Shown here in pieces: positions 13,669-27,788 of a stretch of DNA of 64,000 bases (positions are counted from its first letter, which is position 1; each line of letters starts with the position of its first letter). Both the position numbers and the translations under genes were made by a program. A model generated the notes under the pieces. That model was not told the DNA's origin. It made no database searches and saw only the letters and a list, made by a program, of their open reading frames with translations. Source of the stretch: Octopus vulgaris (taxonomy: Eukaryota); NCBI GenBank assembly GCA_951406725.2, contig OX597816.1:13206001-13270000 (forward strand), read 5' to 3'.

Positions 13669-13872
13669 TACAGGGTGCGTAAGATATTTGAGGATAGTTA
13701 TATGTTTATTTAAAAAATCAGATATATAAAAAGATAACTTTATTTATCAAAAATTGCTATGAGGATAAAAAGAAACCTTTTCTATAACGCTATTCAATAA
13801 AGCCACCTTCAGCTTCAACAACTGCTTATATACGAAATCTAAATCATCTACATGCTCGAAGTAGTAATTGAT
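13669..13872 (-). pseudogene. Tc1/mariner (maT-like) transposase C-terminus plus TIR
   Basis: Minus strand reads LLRACR*FRFRI*AVVEAEGGFIE*. End TA-CAGGGTG is typical of Tc1/mariner TIRs. Confidence 0.75.
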
Positions 13873-13942
13873 TTAATAAAACCAGTTGACATATTTCTTT
13901 TTTTTACAATTGTCATTTTTACTTGTAACTGCAGCTTTTCTG

Positions 13943-14366
13943 GGATCTTTTCGGTTTGAACGGTAGTTTTTAACATAATTTCTAGGTAACTAAAAAATTT
14001 TAAACTTCGTATACTGGTAGAATGTGTTTATAAAACATCTTTTTCTCTTGGCTTTATTGAGAGAATTCTATAGTTTGTAAGATATTTGTTGTTTTTTTCT
14101 TCAATTTCTGCAATTTTAGCCAATCAATGACGTCCATTGAGGTGAAAAAAACATTCTGTGCCGTATGAATATATCCCTCGTTTAAGAAACAGATTTGGTT
14201 TATTTACATTTGTGAAGAAACAAAGATAACCTTCCCCCCACCTCTAACCCTAACCCTAACCCTAAACCAGATTGAAATGCAATAGATCGATTCTAGGGTC
14301 ATAATTATGGGTGACAATTTCATATGACACCGCTAGAAAAACCTGCCGTTCAAACCGAAAAGATCC
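13943..14366. mobile_element. MITE with 21-bp TIRs, 8-bp TSD and internal telomere-like repeats (Merlin- or hAT-type)
   Basis: TIRs ggatcttttcggtttgaacgg / ccgttcaaaccgaaaagatcc. TSD cttttctg at 13935-13942 and 14367-14374. (taaccc)3 near 14245. Confidence 0.9.
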
Positions 14367-14775
14367 CTTTTCTGTTTTAAAACCCATAAAAAATATTCTT
14401 GAGTGTTTTCCGGGGGAGGGCAGGGGGGGGGCTGGAACGGATTCATTATATTTTAGTTAATTTCAATGGGGAAAATTGATTAGTAAACCAGTATATCGTA
14501 AAACTAGCTCGATCATGGAAAGAATTAGACTTGTACTGCGAGGTATCACTGAATTTTATCTTTACTATAATTAGCTATATTTTTTCTTAACAAACCCTAG
14601 TGTATTCATTCTAATTATTTTACAGTAATTAACCTATAAACATTCGTATATATTAAATTTACGAAAATTAATAGACGGTGCAATCTTATCAACCCATACA
14701 TATTATCATAACAACGTGACACAATAAAATAAATATAATTTTGTACATCGTCCATCGACGATTAAGTCTGCAGTC

Positions 14776-15208
14776 GGATCTTTTCGGTTTGAACGGCAGG
14801 TTTTTCTAGCGGTATCATATGAAATTGTCACCCATAATTATGACCCTAGTATCGATCTATTGCATTTTTCAATCTGTTTTAGGGCTAGGGTTAGTTAGGG
14901 TTAGGGTTAGAGGTGGGGGAAGGGTATCTTTTTTTCTTCACAAATGTAAATAAACCCAATCTGTTTCTTAAACGAGGGACATATTCATACGGCACAGAAT
15001 GTTTTTACCTCAATAGACGTCATTGATTGGTTGAAATTGCAGAAATTGAAGAAAAAAAACAACCAATATCTTACAAACTATAGAATTTTCTCAATAAAGC
15101 CAAGAGAAAAAGATGTTTTATAAACACATTCTACCAGTATACGAAGTTTAAAAGTGTTTAGTTACATGGGAATTATGTTAAAAACTGCCGTTCAAACCGA
15201 AAAGATCC
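14776..15208. mobile_element. second copy of the same MITE, opposite orientation
   Basis: Same TIRs; interior is the reverse complement of 13943-14366. No matching TSD. Confidence 0.9.
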
Positions 15209-15679
15209 TGGTGCTGGTCTCTGTGACAAAGAATTTGTGCTGTTGGTCTCTGATTCCGGGCGGAGACTGTTGCTTTGAAGGTAGTTCAAGATAAACTATG
15301 CCATTCAAATTTTCTTCCATTTAAAAAATATTATTTGTTCTATTTCGTTCTAATTTTATCTCTCACCAATCTCGCTTGGTGATTCCAGTTTGGATATCTA
15401 TCTTTCTCAGGTAGTCTACTTTCATTAGATATAATTTCTGGTTGGCTGAGTATTGTCCGCCCACATCTATGTTAAACTGTTATCATTCTTGCTTTGCATG
15501 TTCATACGTTGTCGAACCTATCCTTCTCACAACATATCGAATATGTCCGAGGATTTGGAGCTATTATATATTGATGTATATCGCATAAATCTATGCATGT
15601 TGCATGTCTTACGTAACTGAATGTACGATGTTACGTCACAGTCATATATTCTTATGAAACATTATAATCATTTGTGTAA

Positions 15680-16351
15680 GGCGGTGAGCTGGCAGAAACG
15701 TTAGCACGCCGGGCGAAATACTTGCATACATGCATGCATAGAGGCAAGTATGCATACATGCATGCATTGAGGCAAGTATGCATACATACATACATACATA
15801 CATACATACATACATACATACATACATACATACATGCATGCATACATACATGCAAGCATACATGCATGCATACATACATGCAAGCATACATACATACATA
15901 CATACATACATACATACATACATACATACATACATACATACATACATACATACATACATACATGCATGCATGCATACATACATACATACATACATACATA
16001 CATACATGCATACATACATACATGCATACATACATACGTACATACATACATACATACATACATGCATACATACATACATACATACATACATACATACATA
16101 CATACATACATACATACATACATACATGCAAAAATTAGCAAAACGGGCGAAATGCTTAGCGGTACTTGCGTTCGTCTGTCTTTACGTTATGAGTTCAAAT
16201 TCCGCCGAGGTCGACTTTGCCTTTCATCCTTCCGGGGTCGGTAAATTAAGTACCAGTACTGGGGTTGATTAAAGTACCAGTACTGGGGTCGATTAAATCT
16301 ACTGGCCCCCCTCCCCCAAAATTTTCGGGGCTTGTGCCTTGAGTAGAAAAG
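15680..16351 (+). mobile_element. SINE family A interrupted by a ~400-bp (CATA/CATG)n block
   Basis: Head 15680-15723, microsatellite ~15724-16130, remainder to 16351. TSD attat(a/g)atcatttgtgta at 15661-15678 and 16352-16369. Confidence 0.88.
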
Positions 16352-16680
16352 ATTATGATCATTTGTGTACATTTTAATATTTTTTACTGTTATATTACGC
16401 CACCCTGAATGTTCTCCTGAATTTTGGATTCTCGTGCATTTGCTTATCCTCAATCACCAGTCAACCTCCGTTCATTGTTGAATAATTCACTGGTGAAATG
16501 TATAATTTGTCGGTTGATGTGTGTCGTACCGTCAAGTCATCCTTTGCAGTGTAACTTTATTTTGATATGCAATAATCCTCTTAAATGACGCTGACAGTGA
16601 CTTCGAAGTTTTGGCCAGCTGAGCCATCATCGGACTGTATTAGATTAACACTTTAAAAAAAATTATCAATGAGCTTAATC

Positions 16681-17078
16681 ATGTATGTATGTATGTATGT
16701 ATGTATGCAAGTATGTATGCATGCATGTATGTACGTACGTACGTACGTATGTATGTATGTATTATCTATGTATGTACGTATGTACGTCTGTATGAATATA
16801 TGTATGTATGTATGAATGTATGTATGAATGTACCTATGTATGTATGTATGTATGTATGTATGTATGTATCTATCTATGGATATGTGTATGTATGTATTAA
16901 TGTATGCATTACCTATGTATGTATGTATGTACGTATGTATGTATGTATGTATGTATGCATGTATGCATGTATGTATGTATATGTGTATGCACGTATGTAT
17001 GTATATGTGTATGTATGTATGCATGCATGTATGCCTCTCTATGCATGTATGTATGTATGTATGTATAAATGTATGCAC
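16681..17078. repeat. degenerate (TATG)n microsatellite
   Basis: Directly visible. Confidence 0.95.
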
Positions 17079-17502
17079 GTAGTTATTTAACAGCGTCTGT
17101 GTACAAATAAAACTCTTTACCAGCAGTTTGGTGGAAGCACTCCGTCGGTTACGACGACGAGGACCGGCATTTTAATGAGTGGAAGAATAGCAGGATTCTT
17201 CAGTCCTAAAAAGAAACTTCACATCACATTTACAAATTATCAACTTACCACAAATAGAAACAAAGTCAAATTAATTCTCTATCTAATTACCAATTAATCC
17301 ACCATGAAATAACGAAGCAGAATCTTTGATTTCTTAATTGGAATAATAGTAGAGCCCTAGTGTTAGAAACAATATATTCCTTTTTTTCATTAATAATCAT
17401 CAATTTAAAATGACGACAAACGCGTCACAAACCGCGAAATTAATTCATGACCGGACACTGAACCTTTCTATTGGAACTTGGATCAATAACAAGAAAAATT
17501 GT

Positions 17503-17838
17503 CTAACATCTAAGTAGAATAGTTAACAAAAGTAAAAATAATTCACATTTAAACGTATATTGATAATAAGATTTAATGAGTGTTGGGTCTTTTGGGTGCT
17601 TGGATAAGATGCGGATGTTAAGTTGACCCAAGTTGCCTCCATGGTGGTCTTTGGCATGTTGGTAGAGTATGGAGGACTGCTTTTTGTAGTCATATTGTCT
17701 CAGATATTCATTTAGTCGTTCCGCAATGCTCCTAGATGTTTCCCCAAGGTACGTGATGTCCATGTCTTTACAAGCACATTCTATGCATCTTATGCTGTAA
17801 ACTACATATACCCAAAAACAAGTTAATCTCCCTTTCAT
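17503..17838 (-). pseudogene. Penelope-like element GIY-YIG endonuclease remnant
   Basis: VVYSIRCIEC...YLGETSRSIAERLNEY...SSILYQHAKDHH fits the PLE GIY-YIG pattern (VY.I.C..C..YIGET.R....R..EH...S....H....H). No RT adjacent. Confidence 0.85.
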
Positions 17839-18139
17839 AGAGGTATGCTTGTGTGTCTATCGTCTAGAGTAGATTACTTCAAATGTAATACAGTATGGAA
17901 AAAATTCAATCAACATAGATTATTCCACAAAAAAACGCCAAGTTTCGCTTTTGAATGGTACACATCTAACAACAATAATCAAGATAAATAGCTTTTAAAA
18001 TATCAACCGACTTAAATATTTAGAAAACTAGAATATTTTAATAAGCACTGGTAAAAGCAATGCATTAGGTTTCAATTTAAATCATTTCGAGTAAGCATGC
18101 TCAGTTGCTGAAAACAGAATTCAGAAAACAGAATTCATA

Positions 18140-18347
18140 CGAGTGCTGAAAACTTCCTGGTTTTGGATTAAAGAAAATACGGGAGGATTAGTTAATTATG
18201 AGCTTATTCGACATCTTCCCATTCCCTTCTCAGATTCACTGCAGCGGCCCTTTAGTATTCCTGAGCCCTAAAAGACAGCTGGGAAGTTCGAGCATCTAAC
18301 CAGGCTTTTCGCGACACCTTAAAGCCAGAAAGTTTTTGCACCACTCG
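18140..18347 (-). mobile_element. mariner-derived MITE
   Basis: TA-cgagtgctgaaaacttcctgg ... ccagaaagtttttgcaccactcg-TA: imperfect TIRs with TA TSD. Homologous to 6856-7061. Confidence 0.75.
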
Positions 18348-18377
18348 TAGATATATATACATATATTTCCATGCTGT

Positions 18378-18555
<178 letters not shown>

Positions 18556-18613
18556 TAAGTAAGCATGTAAATATCTATTCACCTGTCTTTGTCTTGTTTT
18601 TTCTATAAATTTC

Positions 18614-18650
<37 letters not shown>

Positions 18651-19109
18651 CACACACAGATATAGAGAGATTACATGTGTATGCTCATACAAGCGGACAC
18701 AAACGCTCATATGACTGAACTACTTATACAATACACATACATCCACACACACACATGCATCACTGGCTGTTATTCAGAGACAGAAAAAGCCGCTGTAAAT
18801 AGTTGTTGTTTTGCTTTCTCGTTTCGCTCTAAACTAATTACGGTACGATATATTTCTATTTATCTATCTCTTCTGAATAAATTAATTTGTTAATTTCCTT
18901 TCATCATGTGTTCTTACTACACTCACAGACATCTCACTTTCGGAAATTGCATTTCCTTCATCGGTGTGATGTCTTTCAGACAATTAAGTACATAAAATAA
19001 TTGAAAAATACAATAAAATTAGATAAGAACACATGAAAAGATGGATAAGTTTTCTTGGTTGAGAAAAAATAAAAACAGAGAAATTTCTTCTTGTCAGTAT
19101 ATATGTATG

Positions 19110-19161
<52 letters not shown>

Positions 19162-19164
19162 CTA

Positions 19165-19200
<36 letters not shown>

Positions 19201-19378
19201 CATAAATATACACACAGACACTCATACACATTATACATAACAACGAAGAGGTACGTAGATAGATTCACTTGTATTTATATAAAAAATTTTATAGAATTAT
19301 ATTAGTATATGTGAGCCTGTATATAAATATATAGAGATAGATATGTATATATATATATGTGTGTGTGTGTGTGTATGT

Positions 19379-19427
<49 letters not shown>

Positions 19428-19546
19428 TCTATTATCCACCAATTCGGTGTTGAGCACTCATTCTCATCGTTCGATATTTGTGTCCATATATCTAACCATA
19501 TGCGCGTGTGTACATATATATACATATATATGAAAATATATATATA

Positions 19547-19615
<69 letters not shown>

Positions 19616-20677
19616 TATATATATAACGTATGTCCCTTCTTAGTGTTTCCTTCACGCTATAGGAATTAGAATGAAGAATTAAGTGTTTTAGCGATATAAA
19701 CGCTGGCGTGAGTACTCGAGAGAGAGCATAGCTTACTAAATGACCTGACTCCCCTGTGTTGGCAATTATACAACTTATCTCCTTCTCTTCCTCCCCTCCT
19801 CTTTCTCTCTGTCTCTCTCTCCCTTTGCACTCTGCACAAATATACATACACACATACACATGTACATATATATATATTTGTTTATTTTTTCTTACAATTA
19901 CATTCAGCTTATCTCTACCTGTTCTTATATATATATATATGTATATATATTTACGAATTAATGTTTCTTTGTTTTTAAATTGTGTTTATTTGCTGGCTGT
20001 GTCACGCTGAAACAATATTATTGACTGAACATCAGTATTTAATGAACAATCGTAATATCAAAGCTCGATGTTCATCCATTTTACGTTGAATCGGTTAACT
20101 GAAATTTTACACTCTTGCGCATTTCCTTGTTCTTAAGTCAATATATTTCCCGTCTTAAACCATGATAAAAACAAGTGATTGGACTAAATTGGCAATACAG
20201 AGTAAAAACATCATGAAATAAATCAAGCGTTTTTAGAAATAATTTTTTTGTATTTGCATAATTTATCGTATAGTCAAATATATTCCGATATTTTGCTAGT
20301 ATATGCATGAGAATAGGCAAAGCTTGGAGATGGTTTCAAGATCGATTCGCTTGTTTATTTGAATTGAGATGTAACAGTTTCGGTGCAACGGTCATTGGAT
20401 CAGAATAAAGCAGGGAAGAATCAAATGGTCAGGAGATCATGGACTAAACTAAGACCGAGACGGTTGGATAATATCCATTGTTTCAGCTGGTCACGCCTGG
20501 GGATCTAGTCCGACATGATAATAAGGTTGCTTCTAATAGGACTTCATGAAGGCGCAGACTAAGTCTCTATTTACGCGTAGTTAGTGTAGAAAATAGATGG
20601 ATAGTTATATGGATGAATATATATATATATTAATTTGAGTGAGTTTTATGGCTGTGTCATTCAGTAAAGCATTATAT

Positions 20678-21152
20678 AAGGATGAAAGACAAAGTCGACC
20701 CCGGCGGAATTTGAACTCAGAACGTAGTGGCAGATGAAATACCTATTTCTTTACTAAGGGGCTAAACACAGAGAGGACAAACAAGGACAGACAAACGGAT
20801 TAAGTTAATTATATCGACCCCAGTGCGTAACTGGTACTTATTTAATCGACCCCGAAAGGATGAAAGGCAAAGTTGACCCCAGTGGAATTTGAACTCAGAA
20901 CGTAGCGGCAGACGAAATACCTATTTCTTTATTACTCACAAGGGGCTAAACATAGAGGAGACAAACAAGGACAGACATAGGTATTAAGTCGATTACATCG
21001 ACCCCAGTGCGTGACTGGTACTTAATTTATCGACCCCGAAAGGATGAAAGGCAAAGTCGACCTCGGCGGAATTTGAACTCACAACGTAACGGCAGACGAA
21101 ATACCGCTAAGCATTTCGCCCGGCGTGCTAACGTTTCTGCCAGCTCGCCGTC
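20678..21152 (-). mobile_element. SINE family A trimer
   Basis: Three body units (last partial) with junctions gaaatacctatttcttt; single head at ~21100-21152. Confidence 0.9.
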
Positions 21153-21650
21153 TTAAAGGATAGAAGATTGCAAGATACATGTGAGTGTGAGTGTGTGTGT
21201 ATTTGTGTGCGAGTATTTCTGTGTGTGAATGTATGTGGGGGCGGTAGAGGCTAACTATTTAATAAAAGATGTCTCTATAATACGTTGTAAGAATATCAGG
21301 TACATTTATGTACCATTTATTTAAGGAGTCAAAGAAAATCTAGAAACTTAGAGTTACGTTAAATTTTTGTCTATAAGAATATCTCGCAGTCATTTAATAA
21401 CCGGAACCAATTCCACTAAACAGAGGAGATTGCCGATGATCTTCTTTCGGCCCTTCTGCATCAAGTACCTTTCTTCGTGTATTCTTAGAATCAGCAAATA
21501 TGTGAGATTGTACAGATGTATTTCTGCAAGTTGTGTCAATGAGTAGATATTTCATATCTTGATCGTATTCTTCAAGTATTTGTTCATTACTTCTTATGCT
21601 TTAGGAATAGTACGCACGTGTGAATGTATGTATATATATATATACAATAA

Positions 21651-21699
<49 letters not shown>

Positions 21700-21806
21700 A
21701 ATATGCACACATATATATGTATATGTATAGAGATATATACATATGGATATATATATATATATATACTGTTCTATATTTAATTGATGAGGGATTATGTGCA
21801 TTATTT

Positions 21807-21960
21807 ACATTATTTACATTTGACTGATATTTGTCCTCATCTTGTTTGTTGTTAACACAACGCTTCGGCTTGTATACGAAGGCTGGAGGGTATATCTGCC
21901 GAAACGTTGTGTTAACAACAAACAAGATGAGCACAAATATCCGTCAAATGTAAATAATGT
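21807..21960. mobile_element. fold-back fragment of a hammerhead-bearing PLE-like repeat
   Basis: Inverted arms 21807-21869 and 21898-21960. Same family as 52095-52230. Confidence 0.75.
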
Positions 21961-22039
21961 GTATATATATATATAGGGAAAGTTTACGAGAAAAACAAAG
22001 GACGAAGGCAGGTGGTGTACAAAACAAACAGATGTATTA

Positions 22040-22113
<74 letters not shown>

Positions 22114-22769
22114 TGATAGACGTACGTAGATATATATATCTTCACATGTATACGCACACATTTCTGCACATTTTATTAATTACACCCCTGTTTTCCAGTT
22201 TTATCTTTGTCGTTACAAATTTTTCAAACTACCCAATGAGTTCCTTGCAGTTGGTGTTGCAGCGTTAGAGTTCCGAAATCTGCATTCAAATTTTTCCAGA
22301 TATTCATAGTATCGTTCTCAAAAATTTTAAGATATTTTTTGGTCGTGTCTCCTAATATACTTGTCGCATTTCAGTAGAATTTTCCGCCAATGGGAACTTT
22401 TTCTGCCCTATGTAAAATTGTTTGAGCGTTCTTTTATATATTGTTGTTTCATTGTTTTTGTATGTGTAATTCTGCGATATGTGTGCCATCCATATATACA
22501 TATATCAGCGTGTAAAAATCCAGCTTGATATAAAATTCCAAATGCTAATCACCGTCTTTGATTTATGCCATCATATTTTAAATCGACACTTGAACAGTCA
22601 CGTGCTAACAGCCAAAACTTTAATCATCAAGATACATTAAAAATATATATATATATAATATGTATTATACACACATATATATCATATATATCTTATAAAC
22701 TATATATATACATATATATATATATACACACACACACACAGCCTTTCTTTCTTTATATATATATGTATG

Positions 22770-22825
<56 letters not shown>

Positions 22826-22857
22826 CATATATGTATATATGCATATACATATATATA

Positions 22858-23653
22858 TATGCTAGAAATAGATCATCAACGATCAAACTTCAAAGAACTT
22901 TGGTTCTGGTGTTCGCTGAATTTTTCCTCTAGAGAATTTTCTTTGTAGTTTGATCGTTGAAGATCTATTTCTAGCATACGGCCGACTACCTAGCAGTCTT
23001 GCCCTGCCAATATACACATATATTAGAATTTTCTCTGACTTCTCAGATTTTTTGTATGCTGGACTACTGGTTTTAAATTGATATTAAAATTAATATTAAT
23101 TTATCTCCCTCATTATTTAAATATTGAAATAAATACGTTCTCTAGTTGGAAGCACCAACCGCAGTGAATTATTTACTGCAGTTCTTCGCTCCAGGAATTT
23201 CTTAGCGCGCCAGAACCAAGACATTTGAAATTTTATCCCTAATGTAATCGGTAAAACTAAGCACGTGTCTGTCTTGGCACAGAAGGCTGGGGTTAGTTTT
23301 CCAGATTGCATTTACACTGAACGATTGCACTGATGAAGCCACGGACATTTGAATTATGTAAGTAATTCTTTTGTTAAAGGCCGAAACCGAGGTATACATT
23401 TAATTCTGTTTTTTATATAAATTTTCATCTGTCCTGCCCGCCAAATTTGGTTCTGGTGTTCGCTGAATTTTTCCTCTAGAGGATTTTCTTTGTAGTTTGA
23501 TCGTTGATGATCTATTTCTAGCATACGGCCGACTACCTAGCAGTCTTGCCCTGCCAATATACACATATATTAAAATTTTCTCTGACTTCTCAGATTTTTT
23601 GTATGCTACTGGTTTTAAATTGATATTAAAATTAATATTAATTTATCTCCCTC

Positions 23654-23658
<5 letters not shown>
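22858..23658 (+). mobile_element. PLE/retrozyme-like element: partial tandem plus inverted 5' piece, in (TA)n
   Basis: Direct repeats 22899-23116 and 23446-23658. Inverted copy of 22939-22978 at ~22859-22897. Hammerhead motif at 23325-23399. Confidence 0.75.
23325..23399 (+). ncRNA. putative minimal type I hammerhead ribozyme
   Basis: tgca-CTGATGA-AGCC..GGCC-GAAA-CCGAGG-TA-taca. Confidence 0.6.
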
Positions 23659-23702
<44 letters not shown>

Positions 23703-24261
23703 GTGTGTGTGCGTACGTGTGTGTGTCTATGTCAGTATCCGTGTCTGTGTGTTTCAGTACATAGCTTGATAGAAGAACTGACAGATAACGAGAAAGGTAA
23801 ACATTAACATCACAAGCTTTTCTACATAAACTCATCGTTTCAGATTATGTCTTACACTTACATACACATTTTTACGTACATTATTAAAAATACAAATAAA
23901 CACCGTCGTTTTCGACGGGAACTACACACGTATAAATACAATATAAACTTATGGTTTAAGCTGTCACTCATTTTCTTATCAGCAATTTCAAAAGTAAACT
24001 TTTTCACCTGCCACTGGCTATAAGATTACAAAATGAAATAATCTTACATTAAAATCCGCCGATATTTTCAATACAGATAAATTTGTGGTATCTTTTTTAA
24101 TGTAGTTATTTATTTCTTATTTAATATAATATTATAACGTCAGTTTTCATCAAACAATTTAATTCTTACTACGATGCAAAAACTCAATGTTGATAATAAA
24201 CTATCATCAGCCATAGCGAGTAACCCCACCCCGTGTTTTTCTAATTATCTTGCACAAAAGG

Positions 24262-24429
24262 TGGGGCTGTGTGATAAGAAGCTTGCGTCCTAACCAGATG
24301 GTTCTGGGTTCAGTTCCACTGCGCGGCACCTTGGTCAGGTATCATCTACTATAGCTTCCGATCGACCAAAGACTTGTGGACTTGTGAGTGGATTTGGTAG
24401 ACGGAAACTGAAAGAGGCCCGTCGTATAT

Positions 24430-24430
<1 letters not shown>
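24262..24430 (+). mobile_element. SINE C 5' half
   Basis: ggctgtgtga...ggttcagttccactgcgcggcaccttgg...gaaactgaaagaggcccgtcgtata. Confidence 0.75.
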
Positions 24431-24485
<55 letters not shown>

Positions 24486-24701
24486 GGAGATAGGGGTAAG
24501 TTACGCCGCCTTAATATATATATATAGAAATCAAATATAAAATATAAAATATAAATTACAAAGTGGGACAAGAACGCAAAAACACACAAAAAGACGACAC
24601 AAAAAAACAGACGGGTCACTCGAAGCCTCTAATCTTCAGTCGGAACCGGATCATCTTAGCAATTTCGGCTGTTATATATATATATCACAACTCAACTTTG
24701 T

Positions 24702-24760
<59 letters not shown>

Positions 24761-24769
24761 GCACATGTA

Positions 24770-25125
24770 TCCTTCGAAAGGATGAAAGGCAAAGTCAACC
24801 TCGGCAGAATGTGAATTCAGACCATAAAGACGGACGAAATGCTGCTAATCATTTTGCACGGTATGCAAACGGTTCTGCTAGCTTACCTGCTTGCAAAGAT
24901 AAAATAAATATTGATTTTAAATTTTGGCACAAGGCCGACAATTTTGAGTGAGAGAGTAAGTCGATTACATCGAGCCCGTTACTCAGGTGGTACTTATTTC
25001 ATTAATCCTGAAAGGATGAAAGACACTGCCGACTTCGGCAAAATTTTACTTCAGAACGTAAAAACGGACAAAATGCCCTTAAGCAATTCGCCCGGTGAGA
25101 TAACAAATCTGCCAGTTCGTCCTCT
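24770..25125 (-). mobile_element. two degenerate SINE A copies
   Basis: Two diverged cgaaaggatgaaagg/acggacgaaatg motifs. Confidence 0.65.
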
Positions 25126-25292
25126 CATACGATAAAGTAAATATTAATTTCAATTTTTTTCTTTTCATTTACCTCATTATTTTCACGGTATTCTGTTTTG
25201 TTGTTCTACAACTTTCCCAGCACGTGTATATGTGTGTGGTGTGTGTGTGCATATATACGTATATATGTGTATACACTGACACACACACACAG

Positions 25293-25358
<66 letters not shown>

Positions 25359-25591
25359 CAAACAGGATAAATATTCCGGGCTGAATCTGGACCTACAATT
25401 CTGAGATTTTGGATTCGTATGTTTTCATTACTGCGATTGTTTACGGAGATTTCTTTTACATGATTTTTTTGCGACGAATATGATCATCATTGGGATATGA
25501 TTCTGGGGGAAGCAATTCCAACAAATTATCCAAAACCAGTCAGAGATCTGTTTGCAGGTCTTCCCTTTCGGGGTCAGTTATTTAAAAGCTA

Positions 25592-25975
<384 letters not shown>

Positions 25976-27067
25976 TTAAATATATTTACACACTCGCACA
26001 TTTATTTATGTATAGGCTGACGTAACCGGTAATTCCCGGGAAAGCAGAGCTTATCCCTTAGTTTCGTTCTCTTAATTGTTTCGCTAATCCATTAATAACA
26101 ATACAAAGTATGTAGTTTTTTGTGCATTTACAGAGAATAGCGAAATATCTTACAAGGATCTTGTCTTTAGAACTTATGAATACCCAAATTATGAAGTCAC
26201 TTGTGTAATAACATGTAAGTGGTTACCCGATAGTAAGAATTCAAATAAAGAAGCCCCGAAAAGGGCTTTAATGCGTTCCCAGAGTTTATAGGAGATAGGA
26301 GGAAATACTAATAAGCTATGTCTACTAATATCGTGAAGTATGTTATGTAACAACAGTCTAATCAGATATGTGATAATAACAACTCAAAGTAAATAACTGT
26401 GAAAAAGCCTCAGGAGCGCTAGTATTAGTATATTCGTGAATAAGTCACTAACCGAAATAAGTGGATCTATTGTGTACGAAAATACTGTTTTTGTTTAAGG
26501 GTTGTACTGGATAAATTGCGAAAATAACTCTAACAGATCTAATACTAAGAAATAAGCATACTGAATTTCATTTTTACCAAACAATTTAGGAAAATGTATG
26601 GGTTATTTCCCTTGGCTATATAAAAGGATCACTTGCAGGGGCGAATGTTTTAGTTCCCTTGGTTTTAAAAATAAAATATATTAGATATATATAAGGATCC
26701 CTTTCAGGGGCCCTATTATCGACTTTTTCAACAACCTGAGTATGCCGTGAAGTTTCCAGACATGAGTTGCACTCACGTGTCAAGTTTCACCAAAATCGAT
26801 AAAACAATGTAGGAGGAGTTAGCTAACAACCCCACAAACACACCCACAGTCAGTATTTCCCACATATTTAGCAGATACAATCATAACTGAGTGATACTAA
26901 ATGCTGTTATCAAATATTTATTCAAATATATATGTTCTTGGTTAAACAAATACCAGACAGTCATGAAGTGCAAATAATCTATTTAACTCAGCACCATCAA
27001 TATTTATCTTGTAATTTGATGCTTTTGAATAATTATAGACATCTAATTCTTTATATATATATATACA

Positions 27068-27617
<550 letters not shown>

Positions 27618-27788
27618 CATATATATATATATGTAACTAATATTTTCTTATGCAATCTATTTTGTAGTCTGATATCTTTATTTGTACATCGCGTATTTTC
27701 TATTATTCTTCCTTCCCGCCTTGTTGCTGTCTGTCTCTGTTTCTTTCTATCACCTTCGTGCTCTTGGCTATTCTCTTAGTAATTTGGA

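Noticed and set aside
14242-14266. TTAGGG repeats as an interstitial telomere
   Set aside because: Only about three units, and they are part of the MITE in both copies.
21394-21600. ~68-codon open frame on the minus strand ([20 protein letters not shown]...GIGSGY) as a host exon
   Set aside because: No recognisable homology and weak splice signals; needs RNA-seq or tBLASTn.
26690-26876. Possible Helitron/DINE-like remnant
   Set aside because: Termini could not be defined.
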